Program-made: the position numbers and the translations under genes
NCBI GenBank assembly: GCA_903864935.1
Contig: CAIPHT010000006.1
Location: 37,129-101,128 of the forward strand
Direction of reading: 5' to 3'
Source of the DNA: Candidatus Vogelbacteria bacterium
GTDB taxonomy: Bacteria; Patescibacteriota; Minisyncoccia; Phycocordibacterales; XYD1-FULL-46-19
DNA: 64,000 nt
In this document: positions 46,203-55,770 of the stretch, one piece after another
How positions within the stretch are numbered: position 1 is the stretch's first letter
Layout: every line of letters begins with the position of its first letter
The notes under the pieces: generated by a model
Told to the model about the DNA's origin: nothing
Databases searched by the model: none
Seen by the model: the letters and a program-made list of their open reading frames with translations, nothing else

Positions 46203-47207
46203 ATGACAGAAAATAACAAAAAAATCTTATTATCCGGTGTTAAGCCAACGGGCCGTCCCCATATCGGCAATTATTTTGGGGCAATGAAACAATTCGTCGA
46301 TCTCCAAGATGAGTATCAAGGCTATGTCTTTATTGCCGATCTTCACTCTCTCACTACCACTCGTGACCCCAAACAACTCAAGCAAGACACCTTAGACCTC
46401 GTCATTGATTATCTCGCGATTGGCCTCGATCCTGACAAAGTTATTTTCTATAAACAATCAGAGGTTTTAGAGCATGCCAACCTCGCTTGGATCTTCAATT
46501 GTCTAACCACTATGCCTTATCTTGCTCGCGCACATGCTTACAAGGCAGCCGAGGCCAAAAATAAGGAGGCTAACCCCGCTGACAGCGGGGTGAATGTTGG
46601 CCTCTTCGATTATCCCATCCTGATGGCGGCCGACATCCTTCTCTACGACGCCGATGTTGTACCAGTCGGGGCGGATCAGAAACAGCATGTCGAAATTGCT
46701 CGTGATACTGCCGAGAAATTTAATTATCATTATGGCGAAACTTTCAAATTGCCGGAGCCTCTTATTATGGAAGGGGTTAAGACTATTGTCGGACTCGACG
46801 GCCAAAAGATGAGTAAGAGCTACAACAATACCATCCCGCTCTTTGCCGAAGAAAAAGAATTAAAGGACTTGGTGATGAGTATTAAGACCGACTCTCTTGG
46901 GGTCGAAGATCCAAAAAATCCCGAGGAGTGCAATGTCTTTGCTTTGCACAAACTCTTCACTCCCGCCGACCAGCTCGCCGAGATTAAGAAGCGTTATGTC
47001 GAAGGGGGGATTGGGTATAAAGAATCTAAAGACTTGCTCTTCGAGAGTATTAATAATTATCTCAAACCCTTACGCGAGAAGAGAAAAGAAATTGCTAAGG
47101 ACCCCGCTCGCGTTATCGACATTCTCAAAAAAGGCGCCGAGCTCGCTCGTGGCCGTGCCCAAGCCAAAATGGCTGACGTGAATACCAAAGTGGGGATTGA
47201 TTTATAA
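46203..47207 (+). CDS. trpS: Tryptophan--tRNA ligase
   Basis: PTGRPHIGNY, YPILMAADIL, VPVGADQKQH, KMSKS. Confidence 0.97.
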   Translation: MTENNKKILLSGVKPTGRPHIGNYFGAMKQFVDLQDEYQGYVFIADLHSLTTTRDPKQLKQDTLDLVIDYLAIGLDPDKVIFYKQSEVLEHANLAWIFNCLTTMPYLARAHAYKAAEAKNKEANPADSGVNVGLFDYPILMAADILLYDADVVPVGADQKQHVEIARDTAEKFNYHYGETFKLPEPLIMEGVKTIVGLDGQKMSKSYNNTIPLFAEEKELKDLVMSIKTDSLGVEDPKNPEECNVFALHKLFTPADQLAEIKKRYVEGGIGYKESKDLLFESINNYLKPLREKRKEIAKDPARVIDILKKGAELARGRAQAKMADVNTKVGIDL

Positions 47208-47208
47208 A

Positions 47209-47240
47209 TTACCAATTTAGACGACCGTCAAAATTGGTAA
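47209..47240. repeat. Family-B-like palindrome
   Basis: ttaccaatttagacgaccgtcaaaattggtaa; half copy at 47263-47278. Confidence 0.65.
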
Positions 47241-47307
47241 CATTTTTTGCAATTGTAAATTTTGTTACCAATTTTTGATAACGTTTTTTAGAAAAAAGAA
47301 AGCCGCC

Positions 47308-47592
47308 CTAGCTTTCGTCAGGGCGGTTGTGGTTCATGACCTCACGGATGGTGTAACATCCGCAAACAATCAGCAACATCTGGACACAACCCAGATGGCG
47401 ACCGGTTTCCCCCACTTGCTCAGGGTTCTCAACATACTCGACAATCCCGTCAAGCAGGTAATGAGCATGAGCGAGCATGTCCCAACGGGAACAGAATTTG
47501 TCATCGAGACCTAATCGGATTTTGGGGATCTCCTCGGCCTCAAACCGCTCCCGATACAGCTCGACGACAGCTAGAATTTTCTTCTTCGTCAT
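47308..47592 (-). CDS. Hypothetical accessory protein
   Basis: ATG at 47592 after SD AAGGAG; hairpin at about 47295-47328. Confidence 0.65.
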   Translation of the reverse strand: MTKKKILAVVELYRERFEAEEIPKIRLGLDDKFCSRWDMLAHAHYLLDGIVEYVENPEQVGETGRHLGCVQMLLIVCGCYTIREVMNHNRPDES

Positions 47593-47695
47593 GACTTTTC
47601 TCCTTTGTTTAAGACCCAAACCTAGCCTAATTATGCACAAATAATATTCCAAGACAAACATTTGCCAAAAGATTAATTAGTGTTATCATGTAAAT

Positions 47696-47811
47696 AAGCT
47701 CTTGAGCCGATTAACAACCGGGCGAAACCTCAAGGCAAATGAGTTACAAATCAGGGTGGCACCGCGGAATTATCCGCCCCTGGGACTAGAAGTCCTTGGG
47801 GTGTTTTCTTT
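47696..47811 (+). promoter_or_regulatory. T-box riboswitch (very short) upstream of aspS
   Basis: T-box consensus AATCAGGGTGGCACCGCG at 47749-47766, antiterminator 3' side CGCCCCT, terminator with U-tract, promoter TTGCCA/TATCAT at 47662-47689. Confidence 0.8.
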
Positions 47812-47877
47812 GTCTCGCCGAAGTCTTACCTAGACGAAGGCGGATAATTACAAAATTATTTATTAACAAACAAATTT

Positions 47878-49209
47878 ATGATAAACAGAATAAAAATTAG
47901 TGAGTTAGGTCAGCATATTGGTGAGGAGGTGAGTATCGCCGGATGGGTCGACGTGCGTCGTGACCATGGCAAATTAATCTTCATTGATTTGCGCGATGCT
48001 TCAAGCAAAGTTCAAATGGTCGTTCTTCCCGCCCATGAAGGAGCCGTCGAGACCGCTCAGAAATTAAGACCAGAGTGGGTTATTCGCGTTACTGGTGCTG
48101 TAAACAAGCGCCCTGACAAAATGATTAAAGAAGGACAAGAAAATGGCGATGTGGAAATTGAAGTTAAAGAAATCGAAATCTTAGCCGAAGCTAAAGAGTT
48201 ACCATTTGATAAAGACAGCGAATTAAACTTCGACACTTATCTTGATTATCTTCCTCTTACCCTTCGTCGAGAGAAAGCTCGAGCGATCTTCCGTGTCCAA
48301 GCGCAAATTCTCAAATCCTTCCGCGAATTCTTAACCGGTGAAGGCTTCGTCGAATTCCAAGCCCCTAAACTTATCGGTGATGACGCCGAAGGGGGAGCGA
48401 ACTCCTTCGATGTGGAGTACTTCGGCCACACTGCTCACTTGGCTCAGAGTCCTCAACTCTATAAGCAAATCATGGTGGGCATCTTCGAGCGTGTCTTTGC
48501 CGCCGGCAACGTCTATCGCGCCGAGAAGCACAGCACCACCAGACACTTAAATGAATACACTAGTCTCGATATCGAGATAGGCTTCATTACTGACCACACA
48601 GACGTGGTAAAAATGGAAATGAGATTCCTCGCCAAAATTATGGAGGACCTCAAGGCTAATTGCGCCAAAGAATTTGCCCTCTTCGATGCCGATATTCCTA
48701 ATGTCCCGCTTGAAGTCCCGATGATGAAATTGCGCGCTGCCCAGCAGGTGATTAAAGAAGAATTCGGCGAAGATTGCTCGAGCGAACCAGACCTCGAACC
48801 CCAACACGAACGTTGGCTCTGTGAGTATTCGAAAAAGAAATTTGATTCAGATTTTATTTTCATCTCACACTTCCCAATCACCAAGCGTCCATTCTACACC
48901 ATGGAGGACCAGACTGACCCCGGTTATGCCATGGGCGGGGACTTACTTTTCCGCGGTGTTGAGATTACCACTCTCGCGCAACGTATTCACGATTACGATA
49001 TGCTCGTGGCCTCAATGGAGAAGAAAGGGCTTAACCCCGAGAAATTTAGTTATTATCTCCAAGCCTTCAAATACGGCATGCCTCCTCACGGCGGACTAGG
49101 CTTAGGTCTTGAGCGCCTCACCGCCAAGCTCCTTGGTATTGAGAATGTGAAAGAAGCAACCCTCTTCCCTCGTGACCTAAACCGCATCGACAATCTTCTC
49201 TCAAAATAG
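47878..49209 (+). CDS. aspS: Aspartate--tRNA ligase, short archaeal-type (likely non-discriminating)
   Basis: GWVDVRRDHG, LAQSPQLYKQ, YRAEKHSTTRHLNE, GMPPHGGLGLGLER, LFPRD. Confidence 0.9.
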   Translation: MINRIKISELGQHIGEEVSIAGWVDVRRDHGKLIFIDLRDASSKVQMVVLPAHEGAVETAQKLRPEWVIRVTGAVNKRPDKMIKEGQENGDVEIEVKEIEILAEAKELPFDKDSELNFDTYLDYLPLTLRREKARAIFRVQAQILKSFREFLTGEGFVEFQAPKLIGDDAEGGANSFDVEYFGHTAHLAQSPQLYKQIMVGIFERVFAAGNVYRAEKHSTTRHLNEYTSLDIEIGFITDHTDVVKMEMRFLAKIMEDLKANCAKEFALFDADIPNVPLEVPMMKLRAAQQVIKEEFGEDCSSEPDLEPQHERWLCEYSKKKFDSDFIFISHFPITKRPFYTMEDQTDPGYAMGGDLLFRGVEITTLAQRIHDYDMLVASMEKKGLNPEKFSYYLQAFKYGMPPHGGLGLGLERLTAKLLGIENVKEATLFPRDLNRIDNLLSK

Positions 49210-49575
49210 AAACATAACAAAAGCCGAGAGTTTCCTCTCAGCTTTCCGAGGCGTCACTCTCGGGTTATGACACTAAATTCGATAACGATGACGTCGCATG
49301 ACGTACTCCTTCCGCGGCTAGGCCGCTAGTGATGGCCGACCCCTGACGTAGGCAAGCGGGGTAACCCTGGCGTGGACCGCTAAAACAACCAAAAGATCAA
49401 TAATTATAGTGTAGCATACCATTAATCTTTTGTCAAGCCCATCCCAAGAAAGCCTTATTTTTCGATATCCAATCTCGAAACATTATAAAAATGTGGACAA
49501 AAGAAAAACCCGCCGTGTGCCCGACACGGAAGGCTTTTCCGTGGGGCACGCGACGGGAGATAAGGAGAGAAAATA

Positions 49576-49797
49576 CTAGGCAGAGAACAACTTCCTCCAA
49601 AAAGAAGAGGCGAACTCCGCCAAGACAATAGCCATAAAGACAACCGCCGTATTAATGAGAGCTGCCACCACCATGGCTACGAGGGCGGTGGCCTCATTAT
49701 TAGGCATTCCCAGACTTTGCGCCGTCAGGGCCGTCAACACATAAATAATCAGACCAGACACCATCCACACGATCAAATCCCAAGGCACATAAAACAT
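49576..49797 (-). CDS. Small 2-TM membrane protein
   Basis: ATG at 49797 after GAAGGAG, TTGACA-17-TATAAT at 49864-49892, hairpin at 49507-49558. Confidence 0.65.
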   Translation of the reverse strand: MFYVPWDLIVWMVSGLIIYVLTALTAQSLGMPNNEATALVAMVVAALINTAVVFMAIVLAEFASSFWRKLFSA

Positions 49798-49957
49798 GAC
49801 TTTCTCCTTCTCAAAAGCTTGCGAGATTAACTCGTAGCCGTTCATTACTCTATTCTGTTTTTTATTATACACCCATTGGAGCCTCTTGTCAAGAGCAGAA
49901 AAACAGCCCAAAAATCTGAAAAATTGGGAGAATTTGGTATAATAGAAAATAAGTTTT

Positions 49958-50686
49958 ATGGATAATGACTTCAAAGTAAAAGTAGGGGAATTCGAGGGAC
50001 CTTTGGACCTCTTGTTAAACCTGATAGAGAAGAGAAAATTGCATATCTCGCAGGTGTCTCTGGCGCAAGTGGCCGATGATTATATTGGTTATCTCAAGAG
50101 CGAAGACGATGGGCAATCAATGGAGGCGATGGCGAATTTTATTATGGTGGCCTCAACACTGATGTTGATTAAGTCGCTCGCGCTCTTGCCCGGTCTCCAA
50201 CTTAACGAAGAAGAGAAAAGTGATATCTCAAATCTCGAAGACCGGCTTAAACAATTGCAGAGAGTGAGAGAATTAAGTTTGCATGTGAAAGAGAGGTTTG
50301 GGAAGGAGGTGATTTTTACGCAAACTGAGAGAGCAAAGAAGGTTACAGTCTTCGCTCCCACTAACGAGATAATCATTCCCAACTTACTAACCGCAATCAA
50401 AGAGCTCATCAAGAATCTTCCTAAAGTTGAAGTGATTCCCGAGAAAATTATTCGGAAAGTAATTAGTCTAGAAGAAGTAATTAGTGACTTGGCTAAGCGC
50501 GTGGGGCAAGCAATGAAAATGTCTTTTAAAGACTTTGTGAAGGATAAAGCCGACAAGGTGAATATTATTGTGAGTTTCTTGGGTATGCTTGAGCTCGTTA
50601 AACAAGGTGCGATTAATATTGAGCAAAAGGCCCATTTCGAGGATATTGGGATGGAGTCAACAACGGTTGGAATTCCGCGTTATTAA
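49958..50686 (+). CDS. scpA: Segregation/condensation protein A
   Basis: FEGPLDLLLNLI, FLGMLELVK. Confidence 0.93.
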   Translation: MDNDFKVKVGEFEGPLDLLLNLIEKRKLHISQVSLAQVADDYIGYLKSEDDGQSMEAMANFIMVASTLMLIKSLALLPGLQLNEEEKSDISNLEDRLKQLQRVRELSLHVKERFGKEVIFTQTERAKKVTVFAPTNEIIIPNLLTAIKELIKNLPKVEVIPEKIIRKVISLEEVISDLAKRVGQAMKMSFKDFVKDKADKVNIIVSFLGMLELVKQGAINIEQKAHFEDIGMESTTVGIPRY

Positions 50687-50718
50687 ATTATTTAAAAATA
50701 TTATTAATTTTTGTTGAT

Positions 50719-51498
50719 ATGCAAGAAAATTTAGGCAACATAGCTCCGGCACCAGATGACAAGAAAGAGGAAAGGTTAGCCGTCGCCATTGTCCCAGTAG
50801 AAGAATTAATCCCAGACATAAAACCACAAACTAAAGCTGATAATTCATTTAGAGAACGAGAGGCAACTAATCATTTTACGGATGTTTTTAGTGACAGTCT
50901 CTTCCAATTTCAAAAAGCCTTAGGCACAAGATTAAGCTTTGAATTAACCAAGGCAGGCGATGGGGAGGGACTAAAAAATTTAGATTACGGTGAAGGTGGC
51001 TGGGGTAGGATATTTAAAGATAAAATCGTCGTAGATCTCTGTGCTGGCTGGACACCTTATGGTTACATTTTTGCAGCACTTTATGGAGCAAAGGGGTATG
51101 TTGGAGTTGATAAATATGACTCTGAAGCTTTGCTTGAGCAACTAGACGAAATAGATAAAGCGCTGAAAAAACTTAAAAATAAATCAAACGGGTATATTAA
51201 TATTTCAAAGGAACAATTAAGACCGACACCAGCAGCTATTGTAAATGAGGATGTCTTGTCTTTTCTAGAGAGGCTACCTAAAGACTCCGTAAGTTTTCTT
51301 AGTTCGGGGAACATTGGAGTTTTTACAGACTCAGACGGTAAATATGTCAGGTCGTGCAATGAGCAAATATCACGAGCATTAAACCCAAACGGAATAATTG
51401 TTGCAAATGAAAGTCTTTTTGATGGTGAGGATACTGAAAAATTAGTCAACGAAAGTGGATATTTAATAGCTCGAAAAAAGAAGAAAAACTTGTTATAA
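50719..51498 (+). CDS. Hypothetical protein with SAM-methyltransferase-like motifs
   Basis: VVDLCAG, YVGVD, EDVLSFL, RALNPNG. Confidence 0.55.
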   Translation: MQENLGNIAPAPDDKKEERLAVAIVPVEELIPDIKPQTKADNSFREREATNHFTDVFSDSLFQFQKALGTRLSFELTKAGDGEGLKNLDYGEGGWGRIFKDKIVVDLCAGWTPYGYIFAALYGAKGYVGVDKYDSEALLEQLDEIDKALKKLKNKSNGYINISKEQLRPTPAAIVNEDVLSFLERLPKDSVSFLSSGNIGVFTDSDGKYVRSCNEQISRALNPNGIIVANESLFDGEDTEKLVNESGYLIARKKKKNLL

Positions 51499-51506
51499 TA
51501 AGATTA

Positions 51507-52061
51507 ATGACTCTAGAAGCAAAGATTGAGGCAGTTTTGTTCTATCGTGCCGAACCGGTCAAGAAAGCCGAGCTGGCTAAATTGCTGAATACCGACCAAG
51601 AAGCCCTCTCTGAGGCAATAAACGGCCTTAAAACAAGGCTAGAGGGCCAAGGCTTATGTTTGCTTGAATTAGGCGAGGAACTCGAATTGGGGACCGCTCC
51701 AGAGGCTTCAGAATTAATCGAGCAAATGGCTAAAGAGGAGCTCTCCAAAGAGCTCGGCAAAGCGGCTCTTGAGACCCTCACCCTTATCGCTTACCAAGGG
51801 CCAATTAGTCGTCCCGAGATTGATCAAGTACGAGGAGTGAACTCCAGTTTTATCCTACGCAATCTAATGGTCCGCGGTTTGGTCGAGAGAGTTACTGACA
51901 GCAAAGATTCGCGTCGCTTCCTCTATCAACCGACACTCGAACTCTTGCGCCACCTAGGTTTAGAAAAAATTGGGGACCTACCTGAGTATGAAATTGTTCA
52001 ACAAGAGATTAATAAATTTTTAGAGACCAACGAAGAAGAGAATGGAGGAGGAATTAACTAA
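51507..52061 (+). CDS. scpB: SMC-Scp complex subunit ScpB
   Basis: AALETLTLIAYQGPISRPEIDQVRGVNS. Confidence 0.95.
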   Translation: MTLEAKIEAVLFYRAEPVKKAELAKLLNTDQEALSEAINGLKTRLEGQGLCLLELGEELELGTAPEASELIEQMAKEELSKELGKAALETLTLIAYQGPISRPEIDQVRGVNSSFILRNLMVRGLVERVTDSKDSRRFLYQPTLELLRHLGLEKIGDLPEYEIVQQEINKFLETNEEENGGGIN

Positions 52062-52995
52062 AAAAAATCGCCATCGAGAAGTGCTCATCACCCTTCTTAT
52101 ATCCTTTTTATTTATGGGGGTTGGCTTTTTCTTAACTTACCAGACGGACCCACTTAACCTCTCAACTCAAAATGAGAAGAAGGAACGAGAGGCTGTAGCT
52201 GAGCAAGCAAGAATCAGTGGTCTCAAGCAAAACTTTTTTGGCCATCTCAAGCTCGAGGCCAAGGCTTATATCATCTATAATTCTGAAACAGGCGAAATCG
52301 TCGCGGGTCGTAATGAGAAAAAAATTTTACCTCTCGCCTCTTTAACAAAAGTAATGACTGTCCTCGCCACCAGTGAACAAATTGGCCCCAATACGAATAT
52401 AACAATTGGCAATAATATTGACGAGAATGCCACAACCCTAAGAAAAGGGGAGCGGTGGCAAATGGCTAATTTGGCCGCCTTGACCCTTGTCAGTTCCTCG
52501 AATGAGGGAGCCGAGGCTCTGGCCGAAGCAGCAGCGACAAGCAGTGCCGCCTTAGTCGAAATAATGAACCAAAAAGCAAAATCCCTTAATTTAAATTCAT
52601 TTCATTTTATCAACCCGACCGGTCTTGATGAGAACTATCTTCCGGGCGGAGTGGGCACCGCTCTTGATGTGGCCAAACTTTTCTCTTACGTTCTAAAAAA
52701 TAAGCCTGAGTTACTCTCAGCAACAAAAGAAAGTTCAGTCTCTGAGCAAGACTCTTCGGGCCTAACGCACAATGTTCTCAATACCAATACCGCTGTTAAC
52801 GAGATCCCCGGCCTCTTCGCCGGAAAGACTGGTTATACTGATCTCGCCGGAGGCAACTTGGCCGTGGCGGCAAATATCGGTCTGCATCGTCCGCTCATCT
52901 TTGTCGTTCTTGGCTCAAGCAAAGAAGGCCGTTTCTCTGATACCAAGAAATTGACTGAGGCCACTTTCAAATATTACGCCCAAATTAATAAATAA
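52042..52995 (+). CDS. D-alanyl-D-alanine carboxypeptidase (peptidase S11)
   Basis: SxxK (ASLTK), SxN (SSN), KTG; N-terminal TM. Confidence 0.92.
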   Translation: MEEELTKKNRHREVLITLLISFLFMGVGFFLTYQTDPLNLSTQNEKKEREAVAEQARISGLKQNFFGHLKLEAKAYIIYNSETGEIVAGRNEKKILPLASLTKVMTVLATSEQIGPNTNITIGNNIDENATTLRKGERWQMANLAALTLVSSSNEGAEALAEAAATSSAALVEIMNQKAKSLNLNSFHFINPTGLDENYLPGGVGTALDVAKLFSYVLKNKPELLSATKESSVSEQDSSGLTHNVLNTNTAVNEIPGLFAGKTGYTDLAGGNLAVAANIGLHRPLIFVVLGSSKEGRFSDTKKLTEATFKYYAQINK

Positions 52996-53008
52996 TTTTT
53001 AATAAACT

Positions 53009-54073
53009 ATGTTATACCCAAGCCTTATTAAAGTTTTCCTCGCCTCGGCCGGTGCCTTCTTTATCGGGATGGCGATTACTCCGATCCTTACCAATTGGCT
53101 CTACAATAACAAAATGTGGAAGAAGAAGGCGGGCAAAATTTCGCCCGATGGTTGCGCGACCCCCATTTTTAACGAACTACACAAAGATAAGGAGGTGGGA
53201 ACTCCCCGTATGGGCGGGATTGTTATTTGGGGGAGTGTACTTCTGGTCACCATTCTTTTTTGGCTCTTAAGCCTTCTTTGGCCCGACCATAGTCGACTTA
53301 ATTTTCTCAGTCGCAATCAAACCTGGTTACCACTCTTCACCCTCCTCGTCGGAGCAATCGTCGGCTTCATTGATGATTGGCGTCAAGTTAAAGCCGAGCA
53401 AGATTGCCATAAGGCTGGCTTGCCCTTCTCTCAGCGACTCTTGGTTGTTGTTGTCCTTGGATTAATTGGCGGTTATTGGTTTTATTTCAAATTGGGAATG
53501 GTGGCCATTGCCATTCCCTTTGTCGGCAGTCTCTATCTTGGTTGGTTGATAGTCCCTCTGTTTATCTTAGTTATGATTGCCCTTTTCTCAAGCGGGGTGA
53601 TTGACGGCCTCGACGGTCTCTCCGGCGGAGTGATGGCCATTATTTTTTCGTCCTACACTATCATCGCCTTTGCCCAAGGGCAATTCGACTTAGCCGCTTT
53701 TTGTGGGGCAGTCGCCGGCGGGCTCTTGGCCTTCCTTTGGTTTAATATCCCTCCCGCTCGCTTCTATATGTCTGAGACGGGCATCTTAGGACTCACTACC
53801 GCTCTCACTGTTGTCGCTTTCCTCACCAACTCAGTCGCCACCTTACCAATTATCGCCCTGCCCCTCGTCGCCACTGTTCTCTCGGTTGTTATTCAACTCG
53901 CCTCCAAAAAATTAAGACAAGGCAAAAAGGTTTTCTTAGTCGCACCACTTCATCACCACTTCGAAGCTTTAGGTTGGCCCGCTTATAAAGTAGTTATGCG
54001 CTACTGGGTTATCGGGATTATCTTCGCCATTATTGGTCTTATTATTACACTCTTCGGAGGACCAAAATTATAA
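53009..54073 (+). CDS. mraY: Phospho-MurNAc-pentapeptide transferase
   Basis: TPRMGG, GFIDD, DGLDGL, APLHHHFE. Confidence 0.95.
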   Translation: MLYPSLIKVFLASAGAFFIGMAITPILTNWLYNNKMWKKKAGKISPDGCATPIFNELHKDKEVGTPRMGGIVIWGSVLLVTILFWLLSLLWPDHSRLNFLSRNQTWLPLFTLLVGAIVGFIDDWRQVKAEQDCHKAGLPFSQRLLVVVVLGLIGGYWFYFKLGMVAIAIPFVGSLYLGWLIVPLFILVMIALFSSGVIDGLDGLSGGVMAIIFSSYTIIAFAQGQFDLAAFCGAVAGGLLAFLWFNIPPARFYMSETGILGLTTALTVVAFLTNSVATLPIIALPLVATVLSVVIQLASKKLRQGKKVFLVAPLHHHFEALGWPAYKVVMRYWVIGIIFAIIGLIITLFGGPKL

Positions 54074-54083
54074 TTTTTTTATT

Positions 54084-54659
54084 ATGTCACCCTTTGAAGG
54101 AAGAGATAGTATCCCGCTTAGCCCAGCTGAGAGAATTAAGAACGGGCTCGAATTTCTAAAAGAAAACGAAGAAGGTTTTCAAATTAACTTGCAGAATGGC
54201 GAATTCATAATGAGTGCCGGACCAGGAAAAAGACTGCAAGAAATTCTGGGGCTAGAGGGTTATGATTTTAACACTACGGTTGCTCAATTAATCGGCGACG
54301 CCGAAGATCTTGGTTATAAAATTAAACAAGAACTAGTTGCCAAGGGGAGTATTATTTTTACTTTGACCAAAACAATTAAACCAAAAGGGGAGACAATCAT
54401 CGATAAGGGCTATAACCAAGGTTTGGAATTTTTAACAAACAATCACGACGATATTGTTATTCGTCTCGGGTTCATCCCCAAAATGGAAACGGTGGCCGCT
54501 GAAGCGTTCGAGAGATCGATCGAAGCCGGACTGGATTTCTCTGGGTCAACATTTAATTTAGTTTTATCTTCCCTCATCAAGAAATCCTCCGAACTTGGTT
54601 ATCTTGTCACCAAGACTCAAGAAGGGGGTAATGACATTATTAAGTTAACTCGTTTATAA
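54084..54659 (+). CDS. Hypothetical protein with internal duplication
   Basis: Two halves each with GLEFL...LGY. ATG at 54084. Confidence 0.65.
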   Translation: MSPFEGRDSIPLSPAERIKNGLEFLKENEEGFQINLQNGEFIMSAGPGKRLQEILGLEGYDFNTTVAQLIGDAEDLGYKIKQELVAKGSIIFTLTKTIKPKGETIIDKGYNQGLEFLTNNHDDIVIRLGFIPKMETVAAEAFERSIEAGLDFSGSTFNLVLSSLIKKSSELGYLVTKTQEGGNDIIKLTRL

Positions 54660-54666
54660 TAGGGTA

Positions 54667-55764
54667 GTGAAAACAAAGAAACCAGATCGAATTTTTTTCT
54701 TCCTCACCTTGATTTTAGTCTTGGTGGGCGTCGCCATTTTTTCTTCGGCGGCCATGGGTCAAGTGGGCAAAGATAGTGCCAGCTTCACCACGATTGTGGT
54801 TAAGCAAGTGGCTATCCTCTTGGCTGGTTTGGTCTTGATGGTGATAAGTGCCAATTTACCTTACCAAAATCTTAAGAAATGGTCACCCTTTATTCTGCTT
54901 GGCGGGCTCGCCTTATCGGCCCTCGTCTTCGTCCCCGGTCTTGGCTTCATGTACAACGGCGCTACGCGTTGGATCAACGTTGGCTTTATCACTATCCAAC
55001 CAGCCGAATTCCTCAAACTCGCTTTTATTATTTTCTTGGCCGCTTGGGCCGGCGCGCGCAAAGAAAAAATTAAGAGTCTCACTGAAGGCTTCCTACCTTT
55101 CCTTATTTTCTTAGCTTTAGTCGTAGCGGTAATGTTCTTCCAAAAGGATACCGGGACTCTCATGGTCATGGTGGCCGGAGCTATCGGGATCTTTATCGCG
55201 GCAGGAGGGAGAATCTGGCACCTTCTGGCCCTAGGTTTGATTGGGGTTATTGCCTTCGGGGCCTTGGTCGTCGTGCGCCCTCACGTTCGAGACCGCGTGA
55301 CCACCTTCCTTGATCCAAGTCGTGACGAGCAAGGCTCTTCTTATCAAATTAATCAATCACTCATTGCTATCGGTTCAGGCGGTTTAATGGGACGAGGCTT
55401 CGGTCAGAGTATCCAAAAATTTAATTTCCTACCCGAGCCAATCGGTGACTCTATCTTTGCCGTAGCCAGTGAAGAGTTCGGGATTGTCGGCTCAAGTCTC
55501 CTGGTCCTTCTTTTCCTTGCCTTTGCCCTCTATGGCTATCGCTTAGCCAACAAAACGAGTGATAGTTTTGGCCGCCTCCTAACCGTTGGACTAGTCACGC
55601 TTATTGCGGCCCAAGCTTTTATTAATATCGGGGCAATGCTTGGGCTCCTCCCTCTAACCGGCGTACCCCTGCCATTTATCAGTCATGGCGGAACGGCCCT
55701 CCTCTTGGTTTTAATCGAGGTCGGTATTATACTTAGCATATCGCGCCATCATGGCGCCAAATAA
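54667..55764 (+). CDS. ftsW: SEDS peptidoglycan polymerase FtsW
   Basis: GATRWI, IQPAEFLK, YQINQS, GGLMGRG, LPEPIGD, TGVPLPFISHGG; precedes murG. Confidence 0.92.
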   Translation: MKTKKPDRIFFFLTLILVLVGVAIFSSAAMGQVGKDSASFTTIVVKQVAILLAGLVLMVISANLPYQNLKKWSPFILLGGLALSALVFVPGLGFMYNGATRWINVGFITIQPAEFLKLAFIIFLAAWAGARKEKIKSLTEGFLPFLIFLALVVAVMFFQKDTGTLMVMVAGAIGIFIAAGGRIWHLLALGLIGVIAFGALVVVRPHVRDRVTTFLDPSRDEQGSSYQINQSLIAIGSGGLMGRGFGQSIQKFNFLPEPIGDSIFAVASEEFGIVGSSLLVLLFLAFALYGYRLANKTSDSFGRLLTVGLVTLIAAQAFINIGAMLGLLPLTGVPLPFISHGGTALLLVLIEVGIILSISRHHGAK

Positions 55765-55770
55765 TTAATT

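Noticed and set aside
49340-49372. c-di-GMP-I riboswitch or SRP RNA
   Set aside because: Only a short agcggggtaacc resemblance. The GCAAA/GNRA P2 elements and the SRP helix-8 motif are not present.
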